DNA from: Takakia lepidozioides
Lineage: Eukaryota > Plantae > Bryophyta
DNA length: 64,000 nt
NCBI GenBank assembly: GCA_030704615.1
Contig: CM060733.1
Location: 28,272,001 to 28,336,000 of the forward strand
Direction of reading: 5' to 3'
Position numbers and translations under genes: made by a program. The notes beneath the pieces are model-generated. The model did no database searches. It saw nothing but the letters and a program-made list of their open reading frames with translations, and had not been told where the DNA came from. Of the stretch, positions 1 through 12,420 are shown in pieces. Every line of letters begins with the position of its first letter. Position 1 is the stretch's first letter.

Positions 1-492
1 CCTCCCGCGCCTCATGTTCCTGCTGCCAGGACATGAGACGTGCCCTCTCCCGCATCCCCATCCCTCCTCCCATCCTGCCCTCATGCATGGCATCGCCCTC
101 CATCCCCATGCATGCCTTCATCCTCCCCATGCTACATGGCATCCCAAGCATACATCATGCCCTCTTTCAAAAATCATTCTGACATCTATTCAAATTTCAA
201 ATGGCAAATCTGAAGAAAGAATGGACGTTGGGATATATGTCACATCGTCACATACACTCCAACCCTAATCCAAGGTTCTGCTATCCTCATCGTGCATTTT
301 CTTGTAGAGTAGTTCTCTCCATGCCTTCCAAACGCGTCCCCACCTTGGCACTCTGCGTTCACCTTCCATACTGAATTGTGTTTGTATAATGTTGCCCACA
401 TGAACATGTTGCATTGCATTGTAAGTTGCGTGTGGATGTCTGGGCCACATGAAGAAGTTTGGGCTTGCATAGGGTCCAATTTGTTGTCTGAT

Positions 493-1090
493 CACTAGAG
501 GAAAAACGCGGAATAACCACTAGCCCTTTAACCACTACTGTCTTTTTCCACTCTATAAACCACTAGTAACCACTTGCCAGTGGTTAATCCCAATGAAATG
601 CCACGGTGGCATCACATACATTGGTTGGAAGTGGTTTCAACCACTCGGTAGTCCACGTGTAATAATTTGTTTTTATTTATTATTATTTATTTGGTAATAC
701 ATTTTAATTAATATAATATAATATTCCACGTGGACGAGTGCAGTGGTACATTGTGAGTGGTTATAGACACCTCGGTGACGGGAAGTGGTTGAAACCACTT
801 GCTACTCCACGTGTAATAATTCAAATTTTATTTGTGATTTATGATTTTGAAATATATTTTAATTAATAAATATAATATTCCTTGTGGACGGGGACAGTGC
901 ACATTGATCTTGAGTGGTTAACGACACCTCATTGATTTGTACCACTTTGACAGTGGTAGAGAGTGGGTGGTGAAAGACAATGCAGTAATTGAAACCACTA
1001 TTCTAGTTGTCGCTCATGAGTGGTTGCCTACGCAACAGTGATTGGTACCACTTTTTGGGTGATACATGAAAAAATTTAAGTGGTTTGTGC
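493..1090. repeat. CACTA-1 terminal sequence and subterminal AACCACT motif array
   Basis: CACTA start plus many ACCACT/AGTGGT copies in both orientations, interspersed with CACGTG and AT-rich blocks. Confidence 0.8.
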
Positions 1091-1144
1091 AGCTGTGACA
1101 GACTTTGAAAAACAGACAAGTGGCCAGATCATTGTGGGATGATG

Positions 1145-1797
1145 CTATTGAACAAATGGTTCCAACAATAAACTTTCTTCTGAATTTGAAACATATTCGT
1201 CACCCTCTGAATCACTTTGCTCAACTGGAATAGCAGTTGGTTGCACAAATGCCGCTTGAATGGTAGCCAACATAGCCAAGTCTTCTTTATTTAGAGCCGT
1301 GGCACCATCTAATGACCTAGGTATTGGCTGATCTGATAAGGTAGACGGTGCCTGAAGGCCATCGAAATCTGCATTTTTTCCAATGTCACATTGATCTATG
1401 TCCGCCACAATCTTTTTTGCTCTTGGATCCTTCCGAAGGACTACCTTCCACTCCGAACTTGGGGACTCATCCGAAAAGAACATCTGTTCAACTTGAGATG
1501 GAAAGATGAACAGCTGATCATTGGCGGGTAACATCCTCCCAAAATTCGCAAGTAGAAACCATACGAATCCCGCTTCATTGTAGCATTTTGTCCAACGAGG
1601 TTGGCCCTCATCCAAGCACAACGAAATACAATGGGGTGCACTCGTCCATAATCCAATTTCAAGATCTCTTTGATGACCCCAACGTACTCTAATGGTGACA
1701 TGACTGAATTTCTATCACGCACACTATTTCTGCTCTGTTGCTAGAAGACGGATGCAACTCCGGAATCAAAAGAGACAAGAAGACGACTCTCCGTGTC
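1145..1797 (-). pseudogene. CACTA transposase C-terminal part (DUF4216-like), frameshifted
   Basis: EYVGVIKEILKLDYG..VFRCAW..DSYGF and FIFPSQVEQMFF..WKVVL motifs; reads through from the 13115 segment once the MULE is removed (GNHYRVDDTE/SRLLVSFDSGV). Confidence 0.85.
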
Positions 1798-2429
1798 CAA
1801 CGACACAATGGCGTGAGCGTTGCACGTGAGCGCGCGAGCGTACGCTCACGCAGGAGTGACGTGGCGTGAGCGTACGCTCACGCCAGCTGACGTGGCGTGA
1901 GCCTGCACACATGCTGACGTGGCGTGAGCGTCATGTCAGCATGCTGATGTGGCGGTAAATGATGACGTGGCACTGTCCGTCAACTGCCACGTCAGCATTA
2001 ACATGCGCCGCCTATAACCGTGGAATTAATGCAGGGAATCTTGCCTAAATAGAATCAAGACGAGCGTTGAGGCCTACAATTGCAGCATCCAACATTGTGC
2101 AATTACAAATGTTTGTTTCACTTTTACAATTACGAAGACGACAAAATATCCTCACAAAGTGTGCGCCATAAAGGCTGCCACGAGAAGACTTCCTCCCTCC
2201 TCAAATAACAATGAGAGTTATGATCATCTTCAAAAGATGATTGTAGTGCATAGCGACAGCAAGACATGTAGACTTCGAACGGTGCAATGACAAATGTGCA
2301 CTACCTAAAAGTTGTCACTCAGACCTCACTCCGTATAGTTGGAGGCCATATCATTGCACAGCCGACGAATTGATGTGAATTACACATTTCAAATCATGGT
2401 CATCCACATACCACATTACATAGTTCATG

Positions 2430-5400
2430 CTACCCATGTGTTGTATCCCGCTGCAAAAGAGTATCGACCTCGTTGAAACTCATAGTGGCCTGGTGAATGA
2501 AGTTGTCACGTTTGGGATCGCAAACCATCCTCCTCAAAAATATGAAATACAAATGTTTGCAGGGTATGAATTTACCTCTCTTGCCCAAACTGGTTGATAG
2601 CATATTCACAAAATCAGGACATGTGCAATTGGGGAAATTGGAAACCGTGATGTCGTAGGTCCTGTCATGAACAGCAGATGTGGAAGTGATGATTGTGAAT
2701 ACCCGACCATATCCTGGATCGGGTACTTCCGTGGTGCTTCCAACACGAGCTTGGAGCATTCTTGCGGACTCCACTTTGCCAAAGTGTTCAGCGGTTGGAG
2801 GGAAACGCCGAACGAGCTTTCCATCTCGTTTGGTTGGCCACAAGTCAGGATTTGCCGGGGGGACCCGGGAGGACGCAGGAGTAGTAGCACATGCATGGAG
2901 TTGGGGTTGTCTCGCAAGGGAAAAACCTGCCTCCTCCACATTTCAATCTCCTGAAAGCTGAGATGTGTTCCCACCTTCACGGGCCAAATGGTTGGAGGAG
3001 ATGGCTTCATCACTACGGAAGGACGCACAGTTCCATGCACACATCTGGCACAATCATCTGCGCAGAACCAGAACTTGTGGTTCTTGGCTTCTGGTTGACC
3101 GTATGGACGCATCAAGCCCGTGAAAGTCGGAGCAGGAGTTCGGGCACCACCTCTGGATATAGATGAAGTGCACTTCTCGAAATTAGTTGCCCTGATCGCT
3201 GTACATTTCACACGAGACCCGACACTTGTGCGTTCTATGTGCCAAACGTGGTCGGGGCATGCGGACTCAAGCACATCAAGGGGGTTGTTTATCTCCTGCA
3301 CCATTTCAGTGGCACGGTTTGATGCTGGAGCTTGCCGTCGTGTTGGAGGTTCCTCCACAATGGAGGTTCCGGACACGGAGCTGTCATGCAGGGGAACACG
3401 AGGCTTCGAGAAGTTATCACGGTCTGCCCTGTGGGAATCTGAATCCGAACCAGGTGGAGTGTTCAATTTCCTCTTACAGGAGCCGAATCTCTCCTCCCCT
3501 TCAAGATGTGGAACTCTAGAAACAAGTGGCGTTCCCTGGGCATACATGCTCACCGCCCGTGCTATCTTGATTGGATCCCCAGATCTGTTTGCAGCACGCA
3601 ACATCAACTCCGATTTGTCCGGACCCTTGCCACCAACCCCACCTCGTAAGAAATCACGGTATCGGGTTTGTTGTTGCAAGGCACGTATCAAATCATCTGT
3701 TGTTGCCACATACAAATCCCGACCTCTTTTCCCAGACTGCTGCAACCATGCATTGTGCACAGTTTCTGCCAAATTGCAAGATGGCATGTCTGCCATTTCC
3801 TCAATGGACATGTTCTGCAAAGAGGATAACCACACTTCAGAATAGTGCACAGGAAACAACATAAAGAAAGCAACAAAAATATGGAAAGCAAATGTATGAA
3901 TAAAGCATGAAATAGAAGCCTCGTACCATTGTCATGGCTGCTCCCCACTGTCTATACCGGAAGTGCCAAAACGCCAGCCAATCTTCCAATGCTCTCATAC
4001 TCTCAAGTGATGCAGCTCCAGAAGAGAACCACCAGGCACGAATTGTCTGGAACAAAGTGTCCGCCTCCTTCATTGTTCTAGCATCTTTGTACTCTTTGCA
4101 CAATTTACGGTGCTGAGTCTGCATCTCTGGTTTGATGTCCGACTTTGTATGTTTTTCCAGAGATTGTGTCCAATGGAATAGACATGTACGCTCTCTTCCT
4201 GGCATAGGCACTTTTGGGTCGCCCGATCCGAAGACAATACGAATAGCATTGAAATTTGCTTGAGCACTATCCGCCATGAAACCTGCGAAATTTGGAGATG
4301 GCAGCCCATGACACGTATCAGGGAATTCCACATGAGCTTCTGGGATTCCGTATCCTCGGATTGCATGTCACAAACTGCAATTGTCATAACTCGTTGGTAC
4401 ACTGGATCGTAGACATGACAAGCCATTGTCGTCCAATCCTTCACTCGTTTCACATGATCAAACATAAGAAAACAGTTCTGCAAGTCCCCAGTCTTCTGCA
4501 TCCGCTTCACGAGGCTAACCCCACTGCCCTCCCCAACAGTCGACATTTTGAAAAGAAAAACTTTGATGGCACCTTGACCTGGGAATACATTGTCCTGGAT
4601 GTAATCGTACTTGCTCAGTCGTTTCAATTCCAAAATATTGTCTATGTAGCCTCTGATCCCAGAGCCCATTCTCAATGCATTGATCTGATGCCGAATGTTA
4701 GGTGAACTTAAAGTGGAGAAATGATCCATGACCAGGTCCAATGCTGCACCGTCAAGTTTAGTCCCCACAGAATCTCCTTCACTCAAAATATGGCTTTCCA
4801 AGAAGGACTTGCTTGCGCCAAGAGCAATTGCAGATGTTGTTGCGGATGGGTTTCTCCCGAACTCCTGTTTGATCAACCTCGATACTGTCTCAACACTCTC
4901 CCTGTAATCCCCCTTCGAGACAGGATGGTTATGGAATCCAAAATGCACACAAGCTCTCGTCATTGTATTCAAACGGTGGACAACATAGTACATTCTTGCT
5001 CCGCAGAGCGCCAAGCAGGATGGCACAAGTTTGCAGAATTTGCAGACGAAAGTGTTTGCCGGTGGAGGGGCAGTCCCAGGCTGAAATGGATTCTCTGCCA
5101 GACCCTCCCATTCGCTTTGATTATGAACTCCAGACTGAAGAAAGTGTCTGCAATTCAAATTATCACACCTAAGGTGTCCATTGCAAACTGTCCTCCTGAA
5201 AACAAGCTTGTCATCATTCTGAATATTGGATGTTTTTGTTCTGCACCACGGGTGCCCGTCGTGTTTCTTGTCCATTCCATGCATCATGATTGTTACACCT
5301 CCAACTCGCGGAGGAGGAGGCAGCTCGAATAGGATATCGCCATCAAAAGTCTCCGGCAAAACTTCACAGGCACCTGCTTCAAAGATTCCCAATCAATTCC

Positions 5401-5928
5401 CCGCAACTCGCTTTTGAATCCAGCCATTCCTCCCATCGCCCGCAATTTTGGAATGACACTACAAATCTCTTCTTCATCAGCTTCTGCAACCACAGTAGGA
5501 AGGACTGGATTTGGAATTTCACTTATGTCATCATCGGAAGAATCCGAAAGCTCAACGATTGGAGTGGAGGAAGTCTGTTCTTTTTTCACCACCACCTCCC
5601 TCTTGTCTTCAACGACCGAAGCAGCAGTCCCGGGCGTCACATATGACCCAAGGGACTTTCGCCGAGGCTCTCCAAGTACTCTGTATCGACCAGGACGCAC
5701 TCTCCACTGGCTGATATGAGCCGTCTCATCACGGTTTTGGAAAGAATATTTCACCAACTTCCCTTTCAGATCGTAAACCTCTTTCTCCAAAAAGATGGAG
5801 CCATTCTGCAGCTGAAAACGGGTAGCCAAGACATGTTCCAGAACAATTGCAAATCCATTGTCAAGGACTTCCTGGGAGAACGGCACTGGTTTGTCGTCTG
5901 AGAAGAACTCCGCTTCAGAGGAAGCCAT
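2430..5928 (-). pseudogene. MULE-type DDE transposase with GCM/WRKY-like DNA-binding domain and C-terminal SWIM finger; three frameshifts, one probable intron (~3815-3925)
   Basis: Joined ORFs 5293-5928, 4070-5392, 3837-4331, 2606-3862, 2430-2939: CNGHLRC..CKFC..C..HFGFHNHP; MFDHVK; FMADSAQA; CLFHW (CxxH); NLAETVHN; CTCPDF..CKH. Confidence 0.85.
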
Positions 5929-6783
5929 CTTCCTTCCTCGAGTATGTTTGTACCTTGCTATCGCAGATCTAGTGTAAATCGGTTTACTGCTGTCTCCAGA
6001 ACACAGTTGAAGAATGAGCAGAGCATATGGCGGAGGAAGCTCAGATAACGACTGTGCATATTCTGTTATTCATTCCAGATATGCAGCCGTCCATTTTAAT
6101 TACTTTTCTTGTGGGCCCAGTGGTCAGAGAATCCATAGGGGCAGTGTCGGCAACTGTTAAACCGTTAATCAGAACCTCATCAATAAACCCAATAACAAAG
6201 CCGACTTCCTGGAAGCATGCCACAGGATCCGAGAATGGGATTGCAGATTAAGTAAATGTATCTATATACTACTACCAATGATCATGCGCACCTGGAAAGT
6301 TCCAAATGTGCAACGAATGTGGGGTTTGGATAACAAGGATGACCGTGTATGATATTCTAAAATTTGTCATCAAACTCTCGTTCATTTATATTTATTTGTT
6401 TAAGACTGCGCATCAATTTCTGGGATTCGCTGTTCTTTTTAAATATTGAACCAGTTATAATTTAGAACACGCCGTTTTGTTTTGGGCGGCACACGTCAGA
6501 CATCCATAACTGAATACGAACAGCTGTACACCAATTGCTGGCATGTGCACTAATATCGAAACGACTATGTGTAACGGTCACGCGGGAGGGAATCCGATGC
6601 TTCTAGAGACACGCAAGAACACAGGCAATCCCGCAAGAAATCGGGAGTCACTGCGTTTTTCTACTTTTCGCGCTTAGAGGGAGAGTGGTAGTCAAGCTGG
6701 AGAGGGTTCCTTCTAGAATACGAAAGAGAAGAAAGTCTCTTTATTTTACTTCCCTTAGAGAGAGACGCAGAGCAAGAGAGAAA

Positions 6784-9700
6784 ATGACGAGGCGTCGTTT
6801 GTTGGAGAACACAGGGCCAAGGCAGCAGGTGAACGCGGAGACTGATTCACAAGAGCAGACGGAGACTGAGGCAGCGGCTGCGACACAGCCGGCGATAAGA
6901 GTGCGCCAGCCTGTGGAGGCAGAGATGAATCGCAGGGACACTGAAGAAGGTGGAAGCACGCGGAACGCCAAACCTGAAGAAGGTCAAGAAACCCTTGCGC
7001 AGACAGAAACTCCAGCAGATGTGAGAGGGAAGAGGAAAGCTGCAGAAGGGGATCAAAGTTCAAAACCTAAGAAGGTGCCAGTAAGTTTTATCATATAGTC
7101 TATGTGATTGCCTTTCAAGGAGTCCTTCCTCTTCCATTCTTTAGCAGGAACTACTGAATCGCGAGCGTCGTTAACGCCATTCGATTCTGCTCATGAGATT
7201 TATGTACCTATGTGTTTGAAGAGAGAGTCTGCACTTACTATTCTCCCTAAACTATACTGAATGTCGTTGCCGCCAATCAGTTGCACATATATGTCATTTC
7301 ACAAAACCGATCCGGCAGGTTGTTATCTTTTGTGATTGTCGTTAACGCCGTTCGCTATCGCTCTCACTTTTGTTTTGAATACGGCAGTCTCGGCTTTGCA
7401 TCTGTAGATTGTGCTGAATTCTTTCACACCATTCATGGTGAGTTTCCTTGATACAGAGTGATTGTCGTTACCGCCATTCACTATTTGCAAATGACTTAGT
7501 CAGAACTGAATGGCATCGTGCAGAAAACTGTGAGGTCGAAGCCTACAGGATCAGAGGGGAAAGGATCTGGAGATGGGGACGAGTCCGCAAAAAGCTCAGA
7601 GAATACAGATGAAGCAGATGAATCCGAAGTGCACTACCTTGACAAGGTGAAAGAACTCATGTCATTCCAGAAGGTAAACTCTCAGGAGGTTATAAGGGAC
7701 ATGCTCGTATCTGGAGGGCGTCTGGACATACCTCTGTGCCGGATGATATCAATGCCTGTTGTGCGTCCACCTCTTTCCCATGACATAACAAAATTGGAGA
7801 GTGATTTTGTGCATGGATATAGACTTGGTGCACAAGTTTTTTATGTGTCCTGACGGATATAAATGGGAAAAGCACATTAGTTTCTCCAGAGATCAGTGAT
7901 AACTGGGATGAGTGCTGGAAAGATGCCAATGAGGAGTTCGAGCTGGGCCTCATGATGGGAAAGAACACCCAGCAATTTTGCAACCACATGTTCTACGTCT
8001 GGGACGGCAACCACCGATTGCTGGCATGGATGGGATACATTCAGAAACACCATTCGAAAGACAAAGACAAGCATGTTGCTGTGGAGGCAATGGTTTTGGA
8101 TCCAGGAAACGACATCGCTAGGCTTCTTACAGCTATGCACGACGTGAACAAGTAAGTCATCCAGGAGATTTGATTCCCTCTGTAGTGTCTTGTTGATCCT
8201 CAAAAAACAGTGTTAAGGAATGCAATGTTTTCAATGTTTTTGCAGATCGACAGAGAAATCGCATGTGACAACAAGCTTGGTTCACACACTATTCCGAATT
8301 CAGAGGATTGGTCTGATGAAGCTGGATGATTTTCGGACAGTACTACCACCCAATATCATCAAGAAGTGCGAAACAGGAAGAGCTGCAGGCACTTGGTATT
8401 CTTTGACACGAGAGGCGTTTCTGGAGTACATGTATGCGGTAAGCCCGAGTCTGTAATCTGTTTACTTTTCGAATACATGTTTAGAGTCCCTTCGGAGCTA
8501 ATCACTACTTGAATGAATGCAGCAAGAACTGGCAGAGGCAGCTGAGAAGGGAAAATCCGAATATTACCGCACTACACCAGAGGAACTAAGGACATCAAAG
8601 GGTGTGGAAGCTGCAATAAAGAAGGAGTTTGAGATGCGAAGAACCAAATTGATGTCAGCCTTCGGAAAGCAGCTTAGAATAGTAGATCCTGGACTTGGTC
8701 CTGAGTTCCTTCAGCAGATCAAAACACACTATGACAAGCATGTGCATCCGGAGATGCAGCAGGAGAAATTGCACCGGCTGGCCATATCGATGGTCGACCC
8801 ACAAACAAAAATAAGGTGGCTGGAGATATGGAACTCAGATCAAACAGTAAAGGACTTGAATCAGTTCCCAAAGAGCACCATACAGCCTGACACAAAGGTG
8901 GAAGGAATCAGTGATTTGGTGTTTGATAACTGGCTCCACAAGGCTACATTTTGGAGTCAGGTGTGTATTCGAACATGCTGTTTCTTCTCTTCAAGTATGT
9001 GATGTGTTTCTTTTTTGCAATTCTGACAAATATTCTATTTGCAGCTCGAAAAGCGCGCCGTCATTGTGCTGGATCAGACTTTGAAGGACCTGAACATTGC
9101 GATTGTTTCCCCTCCCCAAATGTCATTGGAGGCATACATAAGGAAGTGGAGAGGTCTCACCTGGAGATACTGTTTTTTCCGGGAGTTCTCCAAAGATGGT
9201 AACATTTTACGGTCCAACGACTTTGACAGTCAGGTTGGAGGAGAGTGGGCCATGATGCGAGTTGTGTACAGGTGAAATGTCATACTTGAAACTCTACTGT
9301 TTTTTTGGGAAAAATTGTGGCTTCATATGGATTGCAATCTTAGATCCAGATTGAATGTCGTTGACGACATTCACTTCTTTGTCTGAGTCATTCTTAAGCG
9401 AGTATATGAATTCACCTGGTTAGGATCTAAGGGTGCAATTATATTGTCCCTGATTAGAATTGATAATGTCCTTGAATGGCGTTGACGACATTCACATACG
9501 GAGTTGTTGTGCGGTCCTCAAGGTTATTTAAATTTTTGTAATGTCCATAGAGGATACAATGAGGGTTGATCACTTCATTTTGCTGAATGTCAATGCAGAC
9601 ATTCAGTTGTTCTGCATTGTTTTTTCCTCTTGCGATGAATATGGAGGCTTCATAAGCTCTGTTTTAAGAAATCCAAAGTGAATGTCGTTAACGACATTCA

Positions 9701-12420
9701 CAGCTGTGTCTGTATTATTAAAAAACGACAAATTCAATATTCATGGATTGGGGAGCTAAGTAATTGGTTTCTTTTTTGTATTTTTGTGAATGGCGTTGAC
9801 GCCATTCACATACAGTGATGTTGTGAGGTCCTCAGTGATAGGTTCGTTATGAATGTGCATTGAGTTTTCCTGGATGGTTCCTTACTCAATTTTTTTATTT
9901 CCATCCTGTGATTTTGCTTCATTTCAGTAATAATTTGGCTTCATTCTTGAATGTCGTTGACGACATTCACTTCTATGTCTGTGTCATTTCTAATCGCTTA
10001 TTTGCATTCACCTGGATTAGGATGTATTTACAGTGTCATGGAATGGAATGTTCTGAATGGCGTTGACGACATTCATATCTGGAGCAGTAGTGTGGTCCTG
10101 AAAGGTCCTTGGAGCAGTTGTCAGAGCCATTTCAATCCATGTTTTATTCTTTCTGTTCTACTTGCATCTTACTCACTGAGCGCTTTTGTGGGTTGGGATT
10201 CATCTCCTTTTTTCAGGTACACGAAATATGTGCTTATGGAAGGAAATCACCTGAGCGGAATTCCCGACTATCTTGACATGTGGTCGGACCCTGCAAACGA
10301 TCCAACCATGTATACTGCAGGGATATTGAAGGACTGGAGTCCTTCTCACTTCAGAGACTGTGGGTGGTACCTTGACTGCCCACCTGAGCACACGACCTTT
10401 CAAGAACAGCATATGAAATACTTGAACAATAACGCTGAGATGCTGGCGCCTTTGACTGACGAAGAGTATCAACGAAACATAGCAACCTTGGCTGCCAAGG
10501 AGCCTGATGCTCAGGGAACGCCGCAGAAGGGAAAGAAGGCGGGCCGCAAACCAAAAGACAAGGCTGTTGATGTCATAGCCATCTCACCAGCAAAGCCAAA
10601 GGACAAAGACAAGTCCAAAGAGAAGGAAAAGGACAAGGGGAAGGAGAATGAAAAGGAGATGGAGAGTGGGCAGGACTTTAGTGCTGGAAGATATACCCGC
10701 ACTCTTCAGTGCGTGTTCGATGCCAAGCCACACCCTTCCCGTTCTGATTCAGCAGGAGAGATGAAAATTGTTAATGAGGGTTGGCTTTCGATGATGCAGA
10801 GTCGAAAGAGAGGATACACTGGGGTGCCATCCCTTACCTGGGACAATATAATCTCATTCCTCAATCTGGTGAGAATTCCATTTTCTTTCCTTTTTCTCTG
10901 AATGTTTCGTTGGCAGTATTTCAGTCTCGTTCTTTGAAAACATACTTGCCATCGTTCTTATAAAAAACATGTCTGTTGCAGGTGAGCACAGGTCCCACCT
11001 TCGTGTGCGGTGTGCAGAAAACTTATGCGGCCGACATTGTCATTCTCGACATCCCGGATGGCCAGGCTGTGCCAGAAGTTCTTCCAAAGGGCAAGACGCC
11101 AGGCTGGAACAAATTCGAGGACAACTACTGGAGTTGGGTATTCGGGTTCTGTAACAATTTCCTCTCTGATGCAGGGACACTTCTGCTTTTTCAGTCATGT
11201 GACAATGATAGTCGTCGGGCATTGGCATCATACCTCAAGTCTTCAGGGTTTGAAGTTTTGCGCACATGGAATTGTGTGAACAGCCTCTACCTTGTGAAAG
11301 GCGGTTTCCCTGGTCAGCTGGTATGTCGTCTGCCTTCTGCTTATGCTTTGATCATGAGTTTCAATTTTCTCTGCAGCTCCACTCTAGTAGAATGTTTTAT
11401 GATCGACACCGATCATCAACGATTCATGGTTTTTTGGTGTCAGAGTTCTGAATAGCCGATGTACACACTTCCACTTTAGATTGTGTTTACCACACTAACC
11501 TGCTATCTTTGGCAGACGAGGATGTTCGAGGCGATCTGCCTGCGGAGGATTCGCACATCAAAGACACCATCCTCCATCCGCAGCTTTGAGATTTCTGACC
11601 AGGGTTGTTTCGTCAACCCCCCCTATGAGCCCCATGTCGATGACATTTTGTACAACTTCATGCAGTCCAGTCAGACTCTGAAGAGACCAGATGGCACTCC
11701 CTGGAGAGGTGCAAAGGAAAAGTCACCAGCATTCATGCAAATACTGCTGGAGTCATGCAGCCACCGCTCTGCACGGGTTGTCGATCTTTCTGTGTCCACA
11801 GGTTCGTTTTCTCCCTTCCGAATTGGTTTCCTTTCAATAGTTTCATCTGCTTAAATCCCCTCCTCCAAACTGTTTATGTTCTCCTGTCTGGTGCAGGAGC
11901 AACTTACCACGCATGCAAGGCAGGCGGAAGAAGCCTTTTTGGTATGGAGGGTGATTCTGACCTCTACAACACAGTGCTCCTCCCCCTTTTGTCTGGCTCC
12001 ACTTCAGGCACACAGACTGATCGGATTCATATTCGAAATGATGACGATCCCGAAGATAAGCAGGTCGACAACGACTTTTCATGTGAGTAAGTGCTAAACC
12101 CTCTTTGGGAGTCATACTCAATTTCTCGATAACATCAAAGTTACAGTAATAACTTTTTCAGGCTGTCTTTCAGGAAAGGCAGCGGTGGATCTTCAGGAGA
12201 TACAGTCATTTCTGGCGAGTCTGTTTTCGACAGCCCCCTTTCCAATTTTCTGCTCCCTGTTTATGCCGAAGCAATGGCACTTCACGCGTCCGAGTCCCTA
12301 TCCCCTGACTTTTTAGTGGCCAGCCGTAGGTGTATTCCGCGTGGATCCGGTGTTCTAAAATACTTAGACTTAGATGCAGAGGAAGAGGGGATACATTGTA
12401 CTGACTCTGAGTCAGACTGA
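6784..12420 (+). CDS. ParB/Srx-like domain plus N6A/N4C DNA methyltransferase-like fusion protein, ~1170 aa, 10 exons, one 1-nt frameshift near 7850
   Basis: GT-AG exons 6784-7080, 7524-8151, 8246-8438, 8523-8960, 9045-9271, 10217-10868, 10982-11320, 11516-11801, 11897-12086, 12162-12420 with consistent phases. VWDGNHR at ~8000; DIVILDIPDG at ~11045; KEKSPAFMQILLESCS..VVDLSVSTGATYHAC..GRSLFGMEGD in exons 8-9. Confidence 0.8.
7161..7481. repeat. Four degenerate 24-bp palindromes in intron 1
   Basis: Copies at ~7161, 7257, 7332, 7458 resembling GTGAATGKC-GTTRAC-GMCATTCAC. Confidence 0.8.
9351..10076. repeat. Seven 24-bp palindromes in intron 5
   Basis: Copies at 9351, 9472, 9583, 9678 (perfect GTGAATGTCGTTAACGACATTCAC), 9786, 9947, 10053. 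Confidence 0.92.

Noticed and set aside
1-490. Short His/Pro-rich ORFs
   Set aside because: Low-complexity CATCC repeats with no coding evidence
9351-10076. CRISPR-like look of palindromic repeats with spacers
   Set aside because: Spacers are long, uneven and related to each other by duplication; the repeats are intronic; no cas genes
6784-12420. Bacterial or phage contamination explaining the ParB-methylase
   Set aside because: The gene has nine spliceosomal introns and lies inside a TSD-flanked plant transposon
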